Assembly: GCA_964202965.1 (NCBI GenBank)
Contig: CAXNKG010000003.1
Coordinates: forward strand, 23,032 to 87,031
From: Vicinamibacterales bacterium
GTDB lineage: Bacteria > Acidobacteriota > Vicinamibacteria > Vicinamibacterales > UBA2999
DNA: 64,000 nucleotides
Reading direction: 5' to 3'
This document shows positions 54,247-61,800 of this stretch, one piece after another. A program made the position numbers and the translations under genes. The notes under the pieces were generated by a model. The model worked only from the letters and a program-made list of their open reading frames with translations, had not been told where the DNA came from and made no database searches. Within the stretch, counting starts at the first letter, position 1, and the number at the start of each line of letters is the position of its first letter.

Positions 54247-55016
54247 TGCGTTATCTCGTCATCAGCGACATTCACGCGAACCTGGAAGCGCTCGACGCGA
54301 CGCTGGCCGCCGCTGACGGCGCCTATGACCAGGTCCTCATGCTGGGCGATCTGGTTGGCTACGGCGCGGACCCGAATGCGGTGATCGACCGTGTCCGCGA
54401 GCTGCCCCTGGCAGCCGTCATCCGCGGCAACCATGACAAGGTGGCGGCCGGGATCGAGGGCACCGACGGCTTCAACGCCGTGGCCCGCGCGGCTGTGGCC
54501 TGGACGGCCACGGCGCTCACGCCGGCCAACCTCGCATGGCTGGCTTCGTTGCCGGCCGGCCCCGTCGTCATCGACGACAACATTGAAATCTGCCACGGCA
54601 CGCCTTACGACGAAGACGTCTACGTGTTTGACGACATGGACGCCTTTCAGGCGATCCGCGCCGCGGCGCGCCCCCTCTGCCTGTACGGCCACACGCACGT
54701 GCCGGCGGTCTTCCGGCTGATCGACGGATCCGCACCAGGGGACGACCATCGGGATCCGTCACTCGACTTGCTGGGGCCGACAGGCGGTCCCCGGTTCAAG
54801 GTCCAGATGGACGCTGACGCCAGGTTTCTGGTGAATTGCGGAGCGGTCGGTCAACCCCGCGACGGGGACCCGCGCGCGTCCTACGGCCTTGTGGACACCG
54901 ACGCGCGGCTCGTGACGATCGCGCGCGTGGAGTACAACATCCCTGTCGCGCAGAAGAAGATCATCAACGCGGGCCTGCCAGACGTCCTTGCGCGCCGGCT
55001 CGCTGTCGGCCGATAA
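54231..55016 (+). CDS. metallophosphoesterase family protein
   Basis: Only the tail of track ORF 53520..55016 is real. VISDIHAN, LGDLVGYG, GNHD, GHTH. Start is ATG 54231 or GTG 54246. Confidence 0.85.
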   Translation: MDWVLVRYLVISDIHANLEALDATLAAADGAYDQVLMLGDLVGYGADPNAVIDRVRELPLAAVIRGNHDKVAAGIEGTDGFNAVARAAVAWTATALTPANLAWLASLPAGPVVIDDNIEICHGTPYDEDVYVFDDMDAFQAIRAAARPLCLYGHTHVPAVFRLIDGSAPGDDHRDPSLDLLGPTGGPRFKVQMDADARFLVNCGAVGQPRDGDPRASYGLVDTDARLVTIARVEYNIPVAQKKIINAGLPDVLARRLAVGR

Positions 55017-55038
55017 AACGGGGTCCCCGACCCCGTTT
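55016..55038. terminator. bidirectional intrinsic terminator between convergent operons
   Basis: AAACGGGGTC-CCC-GACCCCGTTT, flanked by A/T runs. It overlaps the stop of the + gene (55014..55016) and the stop of the last ccm-operon ORF (55037..55039). Confidence 0.7.
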
Positions 55039-55183
55039 ATTTGGCGGAGGGTCTTGAGGCGCCCTGGCGGCGCGCCTGCGCGGCATAGGCATCCGCCGCG
55101 GCACGCGATCCGAGGATCCACCCAATCACGACCCCGAGAATCAGAATGCCCGGGATGTAAATGAAGTGGGCCGCGTTCGGCAT
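55037..55183 (-). CDS. 48-aa single-TM peptide, last ORF of the ccm operon
   Basis: My translation: MPNAAHFIYIPGILILGVVIGWILGSRAAADAYAAQARRQGASRPSAK. The ATG overlaps the upstream stop (TGATG). Below the track cutoff. Confidence 0.4.
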   Translation of the reverse strand: MPNAAHFIYIPGILILGVVIGWILGSRAAADAYAAQARRQGASRPSAK

Positions 55184-55467
55184 CAGGGGCGTCCGCCGCG
55201 CTTCAGATCCGACTCGAGACGCTCCAGTTCGCGCTGCACCGTGGCCATACGGCGGGCCACCGAGACGACGTAGGCGAAGAGCGCCAGCGCCACGAACGAG
55301 TACGCGGCAACCAGGAGCGGCGCGGCCGGGAGCTGATCCTGCGCAGGCAATTCGTCGATCGGGACGAATTCCTCCTGCTGCTGCGGCGCCTGTGCATAGA
55401 GCGCGGCGGAGCCGACGGCTAGTGGAGATATCACGGCCAGCAGAGCGATCAGTCCGAGTGTTCGCAT
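55183..55467 (-). CDS. ccmD: alternative-type CcmD-family membrane protein
   Basis: ATG 55467 (MRTLGLIALLAVISPLAVGSAALYAQ). TM plus basic/coiled tail LLVAAYSFVALALFAYVVSVARRMATVQRELERLE, typical of the alternative CcmD family. It lies directly after ccmC. Confidence 0.55.
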   Translation of the reverse strand: MRTLGLIALLAVISPLAVGSAALYAQAPQQQEEFVPIDELPAQDQLPAAPLLVAAYSFVALALFAYVVSVARRMATVQRELERLESDLKRGGRP

Positions 55468-55468
55468 T

Positions 55469-56125
55469 CTAGTTATCCGCGGAAAGATACAGGGCATCGA
55501 GCCGTGTCCGCTGCTCCTCGAGGCGCACGCGCATCCGCAGCAGCAGCACGAACATCAGCAGGAACGTCACCGCACTGAACCAGAGCGGCAGTCCGAAGGA
55601 GGTCGGCAGCGTCGGCACGACGCTGGTCGTCGGGTGAATCGTCCGCCAGTAGTTCACCGAAATGTAGATGAACGGCACGTTCGCCATCCCGAACATCGCG
55701 AGGCCGGCCCCGAGCTTATCCGACCCTGGCCCGCCGTACTTTCGCAGCAGCATGTAGGCAACCGCGACCATCCATCCCATCAGGCTGGACGTCAGCCGGA
55801 CGTCCCATTGCCACCAGACGCCCCACGCCTTGCGGGCCCACAGAGGACCGGTGATCAGCGTGATGGCTCCGAACAGCACGACCAGCTCCGCCGCAGCCCA
55901 CGCCGTTCGGTCATGGCGCGGGTTGCCCCCGAAGAGATACCGGACGCTCGCAATGCCGCAGACGATGGCCGACAGGAGGAAGACCCAGGCGGACGGAAGA
56001 TGCACGTAGAAGATCTTCTGCACGAGCCCCATCGTGGACTCGTACGGCGCCTGGGCGATGAGCACCGGCGCAACCGCGAACATCAGGCCGCAGACGACCG
56101 CGGCAGGAGTGAACCATGTAGGCAT
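55469..56125 (-). CDS. ccmC: haem exporter / haem lyase subunit CcmC
   Basis: ATG 56125 (MPTWFTPAAVV). WWD-type motif WGVWWQWDVRL and conserved His contexts. The extra N-terminus in track ORF 55469..56185 is translated repeat DNA. Confidence 0.92.
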   Translation of the reverse strand: MPTWFTPAAVVCGLMFAVAPVLIAQAPYESTMGLVQKIFYVHLPSAWVFLLSAIVCGIASVRYLFGGNPRHDRTAWAAAELVVLFGAITLITGPLWARKAWGVWWQWDVRLTSSLMGWMVAVAYMLLRKYGGPGSDKLGAGLAMFGMANVPFIYISVNYWRTIHPTTSVVPTLPTSFGLPLWFSAVTFLLMFVLLLRMRVRLEEQRTRLDALYLSADN

Positions 56126-56126
56126 A

Positions 56127-56204
56127 GGCTTTGGGCTTTGGGCTCTGGGCTTTAGGCTTTGGGCCGGCCAAGGGCCGAGAGCCAAAAGCCTAGCGCCTAG
56201 AGCC
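56127..56204. repeat. inverted pair of heptanucleotide arrays (GGCTTTG units) around a GGCCGGCC centre
   Basis: GGCTTTG GGCTTTG GGCTCTG GGCTTTA GGCTTTG GGCCGGC | CAAGGGC CGAGAGC CAAAAGC CTAGCGC CTAGAGC. It fills the ccmB-ccmC gap up to 1 nt from the ccmC ATG. Confidence 0.85.
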
Positions 56205-56207
56205 CTT

Positions 56208-56885
56208 TCAGTCTGTCATCAACGGCTCGAACGTCCAGAGCGCCAGTGTCACGAACACCACGTCGAAGCATGCCAGTAGCGCCAGCCAGAAGCCGATGAT
56301 GCTGGCGTCCACCTCTGGCTGCAGCAGCGCGGCGGTCGCGCGAACCCCGGCAATGATGACCGGAACGGTGATCGGATACAACAGCACCGGCAGCAGCACG
56401 TCGCGGCTGCGGGCGCGCACGAGCATGGCGGCGAACAGCGTGCCGACGGCCGCGAAGCCAATCGTCCCGAACACCAGGACGATCGCCAGCCAGCCCGGCC
56501 TCTCAAGCAGCGGCGCCTGGAACAGCAGCGCAACGAGCGGCACCAGGATCATCTCTGCGCCGATGAGCAGGACCACGACGCCGAGCAGTTTGCCGACATA
56601 AATCGCAGGCCGGGACGCCGGCGCCAGCAGAAGCGCGCGCAGCGTCTCGGACTGGCGCTCGCGCTCGAACGTCCGGCCCAGCGCCAGCGTCCCCGCAAAC
56701 GCGATCGCGATCCAGAGGATGCCCGCGGCGCCACCCTCCGGCGCGCGTCCCTCCTGGACCAGCGCGAACGCGAAGATCAGGACGCAGGAGACGGCGAAGA
56801 AGAGCATGGTGTACGCGATCTCCAGGCTCCGGACCTCCACCGTGAAGTCCTTGCGCAGCACCAGCCACACGATGCGCCCGAACAC
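56208..56885 (-). CDS. ccmB: haem exporter permease CcmB
   Basis: 225 aa, six TM helices, CcmB-like over the full length. Confidence 0.9.
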   Translation of the reverse strand: MFGRIVWLVLRKDFTVEVRSLEIAYTMLFFAVSCVLIFAFALVQEGRAPEGGAAGILWIAIAFAGTLALGRTFERERQSETLRALLLAPASRPAIYVGKLLGVVVLLIGAEMILVPLVALLFQAPLLERPGWLAIVLVFGTIGFAAVGTLFAAMLVRARSRDVLLPVLLYPITVPVIIAGVRATAALLQPEVDASIIGFWLALLACFDVVFVTLALWTFEPLMTD

Positions 56886-57586
56886 TACGTCGCCATCACT
56901 TTCCGGTACAGCGTCCTGAGCTCTTCAGGCCGGTCCGCCGAGCCCACCATCCGCCCATCCCGCAAAAAGATCGCGTGGTCGAGCAGGTCGCCCGCCAGAT
57001 CGAGGTCGTGCGTGGCGAGCACGATGATCGCGCCGGAATCGCGGAGCGCACGGAGTCGCGCCAGCAGCGCCGACCCGGACGCATCGTCGAGACCCGTGAA
57101 CGGCTCGTCGAGCAGCAGCAGCGTCGGCCGGTGAATCAGCGCGCGCTCCAGCGCCAGCCGCTGGCGCATCCCGCGCGAGAACGTCGACACCGGATCATCA
57201 GCGCGCTCCCCCAGGCCGGCGTGCGCCAGCGCCTCGGTGGCGGCGGCACGCGCATCCGGCACGCTGTAGAGCCCCGCGAAGAACTCCAGGTTCTCCCGCG
57301 CCGTGAGCTCGGGATAGAGGAAGAGGTCGTGGCCGAGCACGCCGATCGACCCACGAAGGGCCGCGCCATCCTGCCGGGGGTCGATCGTGCCGTAGCTGAT
57401 CAGCCCGCTCGTCGGACGAAGCAGGGTCGCCAGCATCGCAAGCATCGTCGACTTCCCTGCTCCGTTGGGACCAAGCAGGCCCAGGATGGTGCGACGGGGG
57501 ACGGTGAATGTGACATGAGAAACGGCCCTGCGGCGGCCGAAGTGGCGGGAGACGTCGTCAACCTGGAGCTCGTCGAAGGCGCTCAC
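56885..57586 (-). CDS. ccmA: haem exporter ATP-binding protein CcmA
   Basis: GTG 57586 overlaps the upstream stop (GTGA). Walker A GPNGAGKST, signature FSRGMRQRL, Walker B LLLLDEP. Confidence 0.9.
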   Translation of the reverse strand: MSAFDELQVDDVSRHFGRRRAVSHVTFTVPRRTILGLLGPNGAGKSTMLAMLATLLRPTSGLISYGTIDPRQDGAALRGSIGVLGHDLFLYPELTARENLEFFAGLYSVPDARAAATEALAHAGLGERADDPVSTFSRGMRQRLALERALIHRPTLLLLDEPFTGLDDASGSALLARLRALRDSGAIIVLATHDLDLAGDLLDHAIFLRDGRMVGSADRPEELRTLYRKVMAT

Positions 57587-58812
57587 GCGGCGACGTCCCT
57601 GCCGCCTCCCCTCGGGCCTGGATCGACATGATCCAGCTCGCCATAAATCTGTTCGAGTTCGGCAACGATGCGCTGGTGCCGCGCGTCGTCGGATCCGGAA
57701 GGCGCCCGTCGCCTCCGTTTGTATTCGAGCCCCGCAAGCTCCGCGAGGAGCTTCTCTCGTCGCGCGGCCAGGCGGCCTGCGGACCCATCCACGCGCGTGC
57801 GCCCGCTGAACCCGAGCCACAGGCCTCCCGCAATGACGAGGCCTGCGATCCCGAGCGCGGTGAACACGGGCGTGCGGCTATGCACCGGCAGGTCGGACAG
57901 CTCCATCGTCAGCGTCGAGCCAGCGGGCATCGCGTTGCCGCTGGCCAGGAGAAACGGCGTGCCCGTTTCTGGCGCCGTCACATCACCCACCGTCGAAAAT
58001 TGCGGCGACGATATCGAGACGGCTCCGACCTTCTCGATGGCGACGCTCAACTGCTCCAGCGCGACAGGCCAGGCCTGTTCAACGGTGATGTCCGCACTGG
58101 TGTACGGAAGCTGAAAGCCGACCTGGACGGACGTGAGCCCTGCGGCGAACGGTCCGACGACGGTCACGACGTCCCCGCTGATCGTCGCGCTGGGCGAAGA
58201 TCCTTCGAGCGTCGACGCGCCCGCCGCGCCCGTCGGGAGCTGCAGGATCAATGGACCACCGATGTCAACGCGCGCACGCGCGTTATTGACGATGTCGAAA
58301 ATGTAGAAGACGCGCAGCGTGTCGTCCCGGAACTCCATGAGGATGCGCGAATTCGGCCCAAGGACGACCGAGCCTTTGACGGGCGGCGCCGCGGCAGCCG
58401 CCGCGTCCTCCTGCGATTTTCGCGCGGCGGCGTCTTTCATCCCCGCCACGAGAATCACGCGGAGACCACCGGTCGCAGGCACCGTGAAGGAGTCGGAGGT
58501 CAGCGCCTCGCCGCCGATCGTGGCGTCGGCGCGCACTTCCGCGCCGGCTGTCAGGCCGGGAAACTCGGCACGGCCCTCCGCATCGGTCGTGGCTGTGCGC
58601 GGCTGTCCGTTGACCGTGAGGCGGACGCTCTGGCCGGTGATGTTGTTGCCGATGGCTTCACGGACGACGCGGACGGTCACCGTGCCTGGAGCGAGATCGC
58701 CCGCCGGGATCGCCCGGCCGTGAATCAACGACGGATCCGGCATGGCAATCTGGGCGAACAGCACCCCAAATCCCAGAAGCCACATCCCACAACCCAAAAC
58801 GACCCGCGTCAC
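57583..58812 (-). CDS. uncharacterised exported protein with CarboxypepD_reg-like N-domain, C-terminal TM anchor and cytoplasmic coiled-coil tail
   Basis: 409 aa. Signal-like N-terminus, GTVTVRVV...GQSVRLTVNGQPRTATTDAEGRAEFPGL beta-sandwich, TM ALGIAGLVIAGGLWLGF, then RREKLLAELAGLEYKRR...IVAELEQIYGELD. GTGA overlaps on both sides. Confidence 0.6.
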   Translation of the reverse strand: MTRVVLGCGMWLLGFGVLFAQIAMPDPSLIHGRAIPAGDLAPGTVTVRVVREAIGNNITGQSVRLTVNGQPRTATTDAEGRAEFPGLTAGAEVRADATIGGEALTSDSFTVPATGGLRVILVAGMKDAAARKSQEDAAAAAAPPVKGSVVLGPNSRILMEFRDDTLRVFYIFDIVNNARARVDIGGPLILQLPTGAAGASTLEGSSPSATISGDVVTVVGPFAAGLTSVQVGFQLPYTSADITVEQAWPVALEQLSVAIEKVGAVSISSPQFSTVGDVTAPETGTPFLLASGNAMPAGSTLTMELSDLPVHSRTPVFTALGIAGLVIAGGLWLGFSGRTRVDGSAGRLAARREKLLAELAGLEYKRRRRAPSGSDDARHQRIVAELEQIYGELDHVDPGPRGGGRDVAA

Positions 58813-59348
58813 GCTTTCACCAGTCCGCCGCCACAGTTCTTACAGAACCGCGCGTCGACTTCGTTCGCGGTCCCGCAGCTCGCGCAGGTCGGAATCGCGG
58901 GCGCGGTGACCCGCCTGGCGAGTTCATCCTCGATCTGCTGCCGATAGCTCGCGCCGGCGTCGAGTTGCCGCAGGAGGCCGGCAGCGCGGAGGCGGAGCCG
59001 CGCGCCCATCTCCGCACAATCCTTCTCCGAGACCTTGCCCATGGCGCGGTCGAATTCCAGATCCTTGATGGCCCGCAGCACGAGCGTCTTCTCGCGCTCG
59101 AGCGCCGCACGGGTACGGCCGCCGAGCATCTGCGGTGCCATGGGATCCTCCGCGCTGCCGAACGGCGCGAACGTGCGCCAGGCCGCGTAACCCACGAGCG
59201 CCGCGCCAAAAATAATCAGGCTGAGGAGGATGACGCCGGCAGGCGTCTCGCCGCGGGACATGAACACGACGACCGTCGCACCGATCAGGCCGGCGAGGGT
59301 GAAGAGCTGCCAGGGTTGAAACGCGTCAGTCGAGGTTTCGGAGCTCAT
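58809..59348 (-). CDS. uncharacterised two-TM protein with coiled coil and C-terminal zinc ribbon
   Basis: ATG 59348 (MSSETSTDAFQPWQLF...), overlapping the end of ccmF-H by 23 nt. Two TM helices, LEREKTLVLRAIKDLEFDRAMGKVSEKD, C-terminal CASCGTANEVDARFCKNCG. The rest of track ORF 58809..59738 is out-of-frame overlap. Confidence 0.6.
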   Translation of the reverse strand: MSSETSTDAFQPWQLFTLAGLIGATVVVFMSRGETPAGVILLSLIIFGAALVGYAAWRTFAPFGSAEDPMAPQMLGGRTRAALEREKTLVLRAIKDLEFDRAMGKVSEKDCAEMGARLRLRAAGLLRQLDAGASYRQQIEDELARRVTAPAIPTCASCGTANEVDARFCKNCGGGLVKA

Positions 59349-61788
59349 CGTCGAGACGGGCGCTCGTGGTCGCGTCCATTCCGGCGTCGCCGGCGGCCGC
59401 CGGAACCGCGCGCGTCGACCAGCGGCGCGCAGTGACGAAGATGCCGGCGAGGGCGGCAAGCGCGACGAGATACGGCACAATCCAGGCGAGGCGATTGAAC
59501 CCGCGATCAATCGGCGCGGCCAGGATGGCCTGGCTCCCGAACTCCGCGGCGAACGCGTCCCGAACCTCGTCATAGCCCTTGCCTTCCGCGAGGAAGGCTT
59601 CGAGCCGCGCCGCCTGCTGATCGTAGTGCCCGCAATTCGGGCGCATCGGGCAGCTGCCCATCGGCGACTGGCAGCCGCAGGTGCACATGATGTCACCCTC
59701 GAGCTGCCGATGCAGCTCGCTGCGCTGGTTCGGGGCAACGGTTTCGGTGGTTTGCGCGATCACCGACGCCGGCCACAGGAGCAGCGAGAACAGCAGCAGC
59801 GATGACGTGACGGCATTCGACGGCACCTTCGCCAGCGCGAATCCGAGCGCCGCTTCCGGCAGGAGCGCGATGCCGGTGCCGAGCGCAAGAATGCCGAACC
59901 CGGCCCACACCCAGTTCACCAGGGGGTTGACGACAATCTCCATGCTGGCGCTCTGCTCCTGCAGGTCGAACGCGGGCAGGACGAGGTAGAGGTCTTCAGA
60001 GAACGTGCGGCGGATCGCCACCTCGGTGGTGGGCTGATCCTCATGCTTCCGGAAATACCACTTCGCCGGATACATCTTCCCGATCTCTTCCCCGTCGCGG
60101 AACACGGTGGTGTGCGCCGTGATCATCTGCTTCTGGCCGTCGTCGGTGACGCGGACGGTGTCGAGGCGGACGGTGAAGTCGCCGACCTGGGCCTGCTGCC
60201 CGGGTTTGAGCAGTAACTGCTCGTCCTGCTTGAATCCCTCACCCGCGAAGCCCAGGAACATCAGAACGATGCCGATATGGACGATGTAGCCGCCGTACCG
60301 GCGCTTGTTGCGTGCCACGAGGCCGATGAGCGCCGTGAAGACGTCCGTGCCAGTGGCGTCCTGGCGAACCCGGGCGCCGCGCCAGAACTCCTGGCCGATC
60401 GTTCCCACGACGAAGCCGCAGAGTGCAAAGCAGATCCCAGAGGTCCAGACGCGCACGCCGAGCGCGACGAGCGCCCCGCCGACGACGAGCGCGGTCGCCA
60501 CGGGAATGAGGAACTGCTGCCGCAGATTCGTCACCGTCGTCTTCCGCCACGCGAGCAGCGGGCCCACGCCCGTGAGCACGAGCAGGATGAGGCCGACCGG
60601 GAGCATCCACTTGTTGAAGAACGGCGGACCCACGGTCAGCCGTTCGCCCGTGACTGCCTCACTGATCGTCGGAAAGAGCGTCCCGAACGCGATGAAAAAC
60701 GCCGAGAAGAGCAGGATCCAGTTATTGGCGAGAAAGGCGGCTTCGCGCGACATCCACGAATCGAGCTCGTTCCGCGCCCGCAGCAGCGGCAGCCGGTAGA
60801 TGACGAACCCGAAACTGACGGTCAGGATGGTCACCATGAAGATGATGAACATCCGGGCAAGCTCGGGGTCTTCGCCAAACGCATGGACCGACTGCACGAT
60901 TCCCGACCGCGTCAGGAACGTGCCGAAGATCGTCAGGAAGAACGTGAGGATGACGAGCGTGACGTTCCAGACGCGCAGCATGCCGCGCTGCTCCTGCACG
61001 CGCACCGAATGCAGGAACGCGGTCGCAGTGAACCACGGCAGCAATCCCGCGTTCTCGACCGGGTCCCAGCCCCAGTAGCCGCCCCATCCGAGCTCTTCGT
61101 ACGCCCAGATCATCCCGAGCCCGAGTCCGACCGACAGGAACAGCCACGAGATCATCGTCCAGCGGCGGACGGCGCGCAGCCACGAGTCGTCCAGATACCC
61201 GGTGATGAGCGCCGCCATGCCGAACGCGAACGGAATCGTCAGGCCGACGAACCCCGTGTACATGGTGGGCGGGTGAATCACCATGTAGAAGTTCTGCAGC
61301 AGCGGGCTGAGGCCGGCGCCGTCGGTGGGGCTCTCGGTCAGGTACGTCGAGAACGGGTTGTTGTGGACGATCATCAGGAACAGGAAGAACATCTGAACCG
61401 TCGAGATGACCGCCACCACATACGGGATCAATTCCCTGTGGCGTTCCCTGTTCACGAAGACCGCGGCGCTGCCGAAGCAGGACAGCAGGAACACCCAGAA
61501 CATGATCGAGCCGTCGAGCCCGCCCCAGTACGACGTGATCTTGAAGAAGAGCGGCTGGACCGAATCCGAATAGCGCTGGACGTACTTGATCGAATAGTCG
61601 CCGACGACGAAGGCGTAGACGATGATGGCTGACGCGGCCGTCATGATGGCCGCAACGAAATAGAACGCCCCGATACCGCTTTCAATCAGTCGTGTGGAGC
61701 GCCGGCGTGCGCCCGCGACCGATGCCGCGAAGGCATACGCGCACACCACGAACGCGCTGAGAAGAAGGTAGTAGCCGAGGGATGCCAT
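59326..61788 (-). CDS. ccmF: cytochrome c haem lyase CcmF fused in frame to a CcmH-like domain
   Basis: 820 aa. CcmF core with WGGYWGWDPVENA. The last ~165 aa have a signal-like segment SSLLLFSLLLWPASVIAQ, IMCTCGCQSPMGSCPMRPNCG, LAEGKGYDEVRDAFAAEFGSQAILAAP and a TM helix, which is the CcmH/NrfF-like layout. Confidence 0.9.
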   Translation of the reverse strand: MASLGYYLLLSAFVVCAYAFAASVAGARRRSTRLIESGIGAFYFVAAIMTAASAIIVYAFVVGDYSIKYVQRYSDSVQPLFFKITSYWGGLDGSIMFWVFLLSCFGSAAVFVNRERHRELIPYVVAVISTVQMFFLFLMIVHNNPFSTYLTESPTDGAGLSPLLQNFYMVIHPPTMYTGFVGLTIPFAFGMAALITGYLDDSWLRAVRRWTMISWLFLSVGLGLGMIWAYEELGWGGYWGWDPVENAGLLPWFTATAFLHSVRVQEQRGMLRVWNVTLVILTFFLTIFGTFLTRSGIVQSVHAFGEDPELARMFIIFMVTILTVSFGFVIYRLPLLRARNELDSWMSREAAFLANNWILLFSAFFIAFGTLFPTISEAVTGERLTVGPPFFNKWMLPVGLILLVLTGVGPLLAWRKTTVTNLRQQFLIPVATALVVGGALVALGVRVWTSGICFALCGFVVGTIGQEFWRGARVRQDATGTDVFTALIGLVARNKRRYGGYIVHIGIVLMFLGFAGEGFKQDEQLLLKPGQQAQVGDFTVRLDTVRVTDDGQKQMITAHTTVFRDGEEIGKMYPAKWYFRKHEDQPTTEVAIRRTFSEDLYLVLPAFDLQEQSASMEIVVNPLVNWVWAGFGILALGTGIALLPEAALGFALAKVPSNAVTSSLLLFSLLLWPASVIAQTTETVAPNQRSELHRQLEGDIMCTCGCQSPMGSCPMRPNCGHYDQQAARLEAFLAEGKGYDEVRDAFAAEFGSQAILAAPIDRGFNRLAWIVPYLVALAALAGIFVTARRWSTRAVPAAAGDAGMDATTSARLDDELRNLD

Positions 61789-61800
61789 GTCAGCCCTCGG

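Noticed and set aside
53520-55016. 498-aa + ORF spanning aroA, aroK and the phosphoesterase
   Set aside because: Only the last ~260 codons (from ATG 54231 or GTG 54246) encode the metallophosphoesterase. The upstream part is an out-of-frame overlap of aroA and aroK with Arg/Pro/Ala-rich junk. The same logic trims 4203..5576, 28123..29061, 35136..36731, 36628..38853, 43696..44559, 55469..56185, 56885..57820 and 58809..59738.
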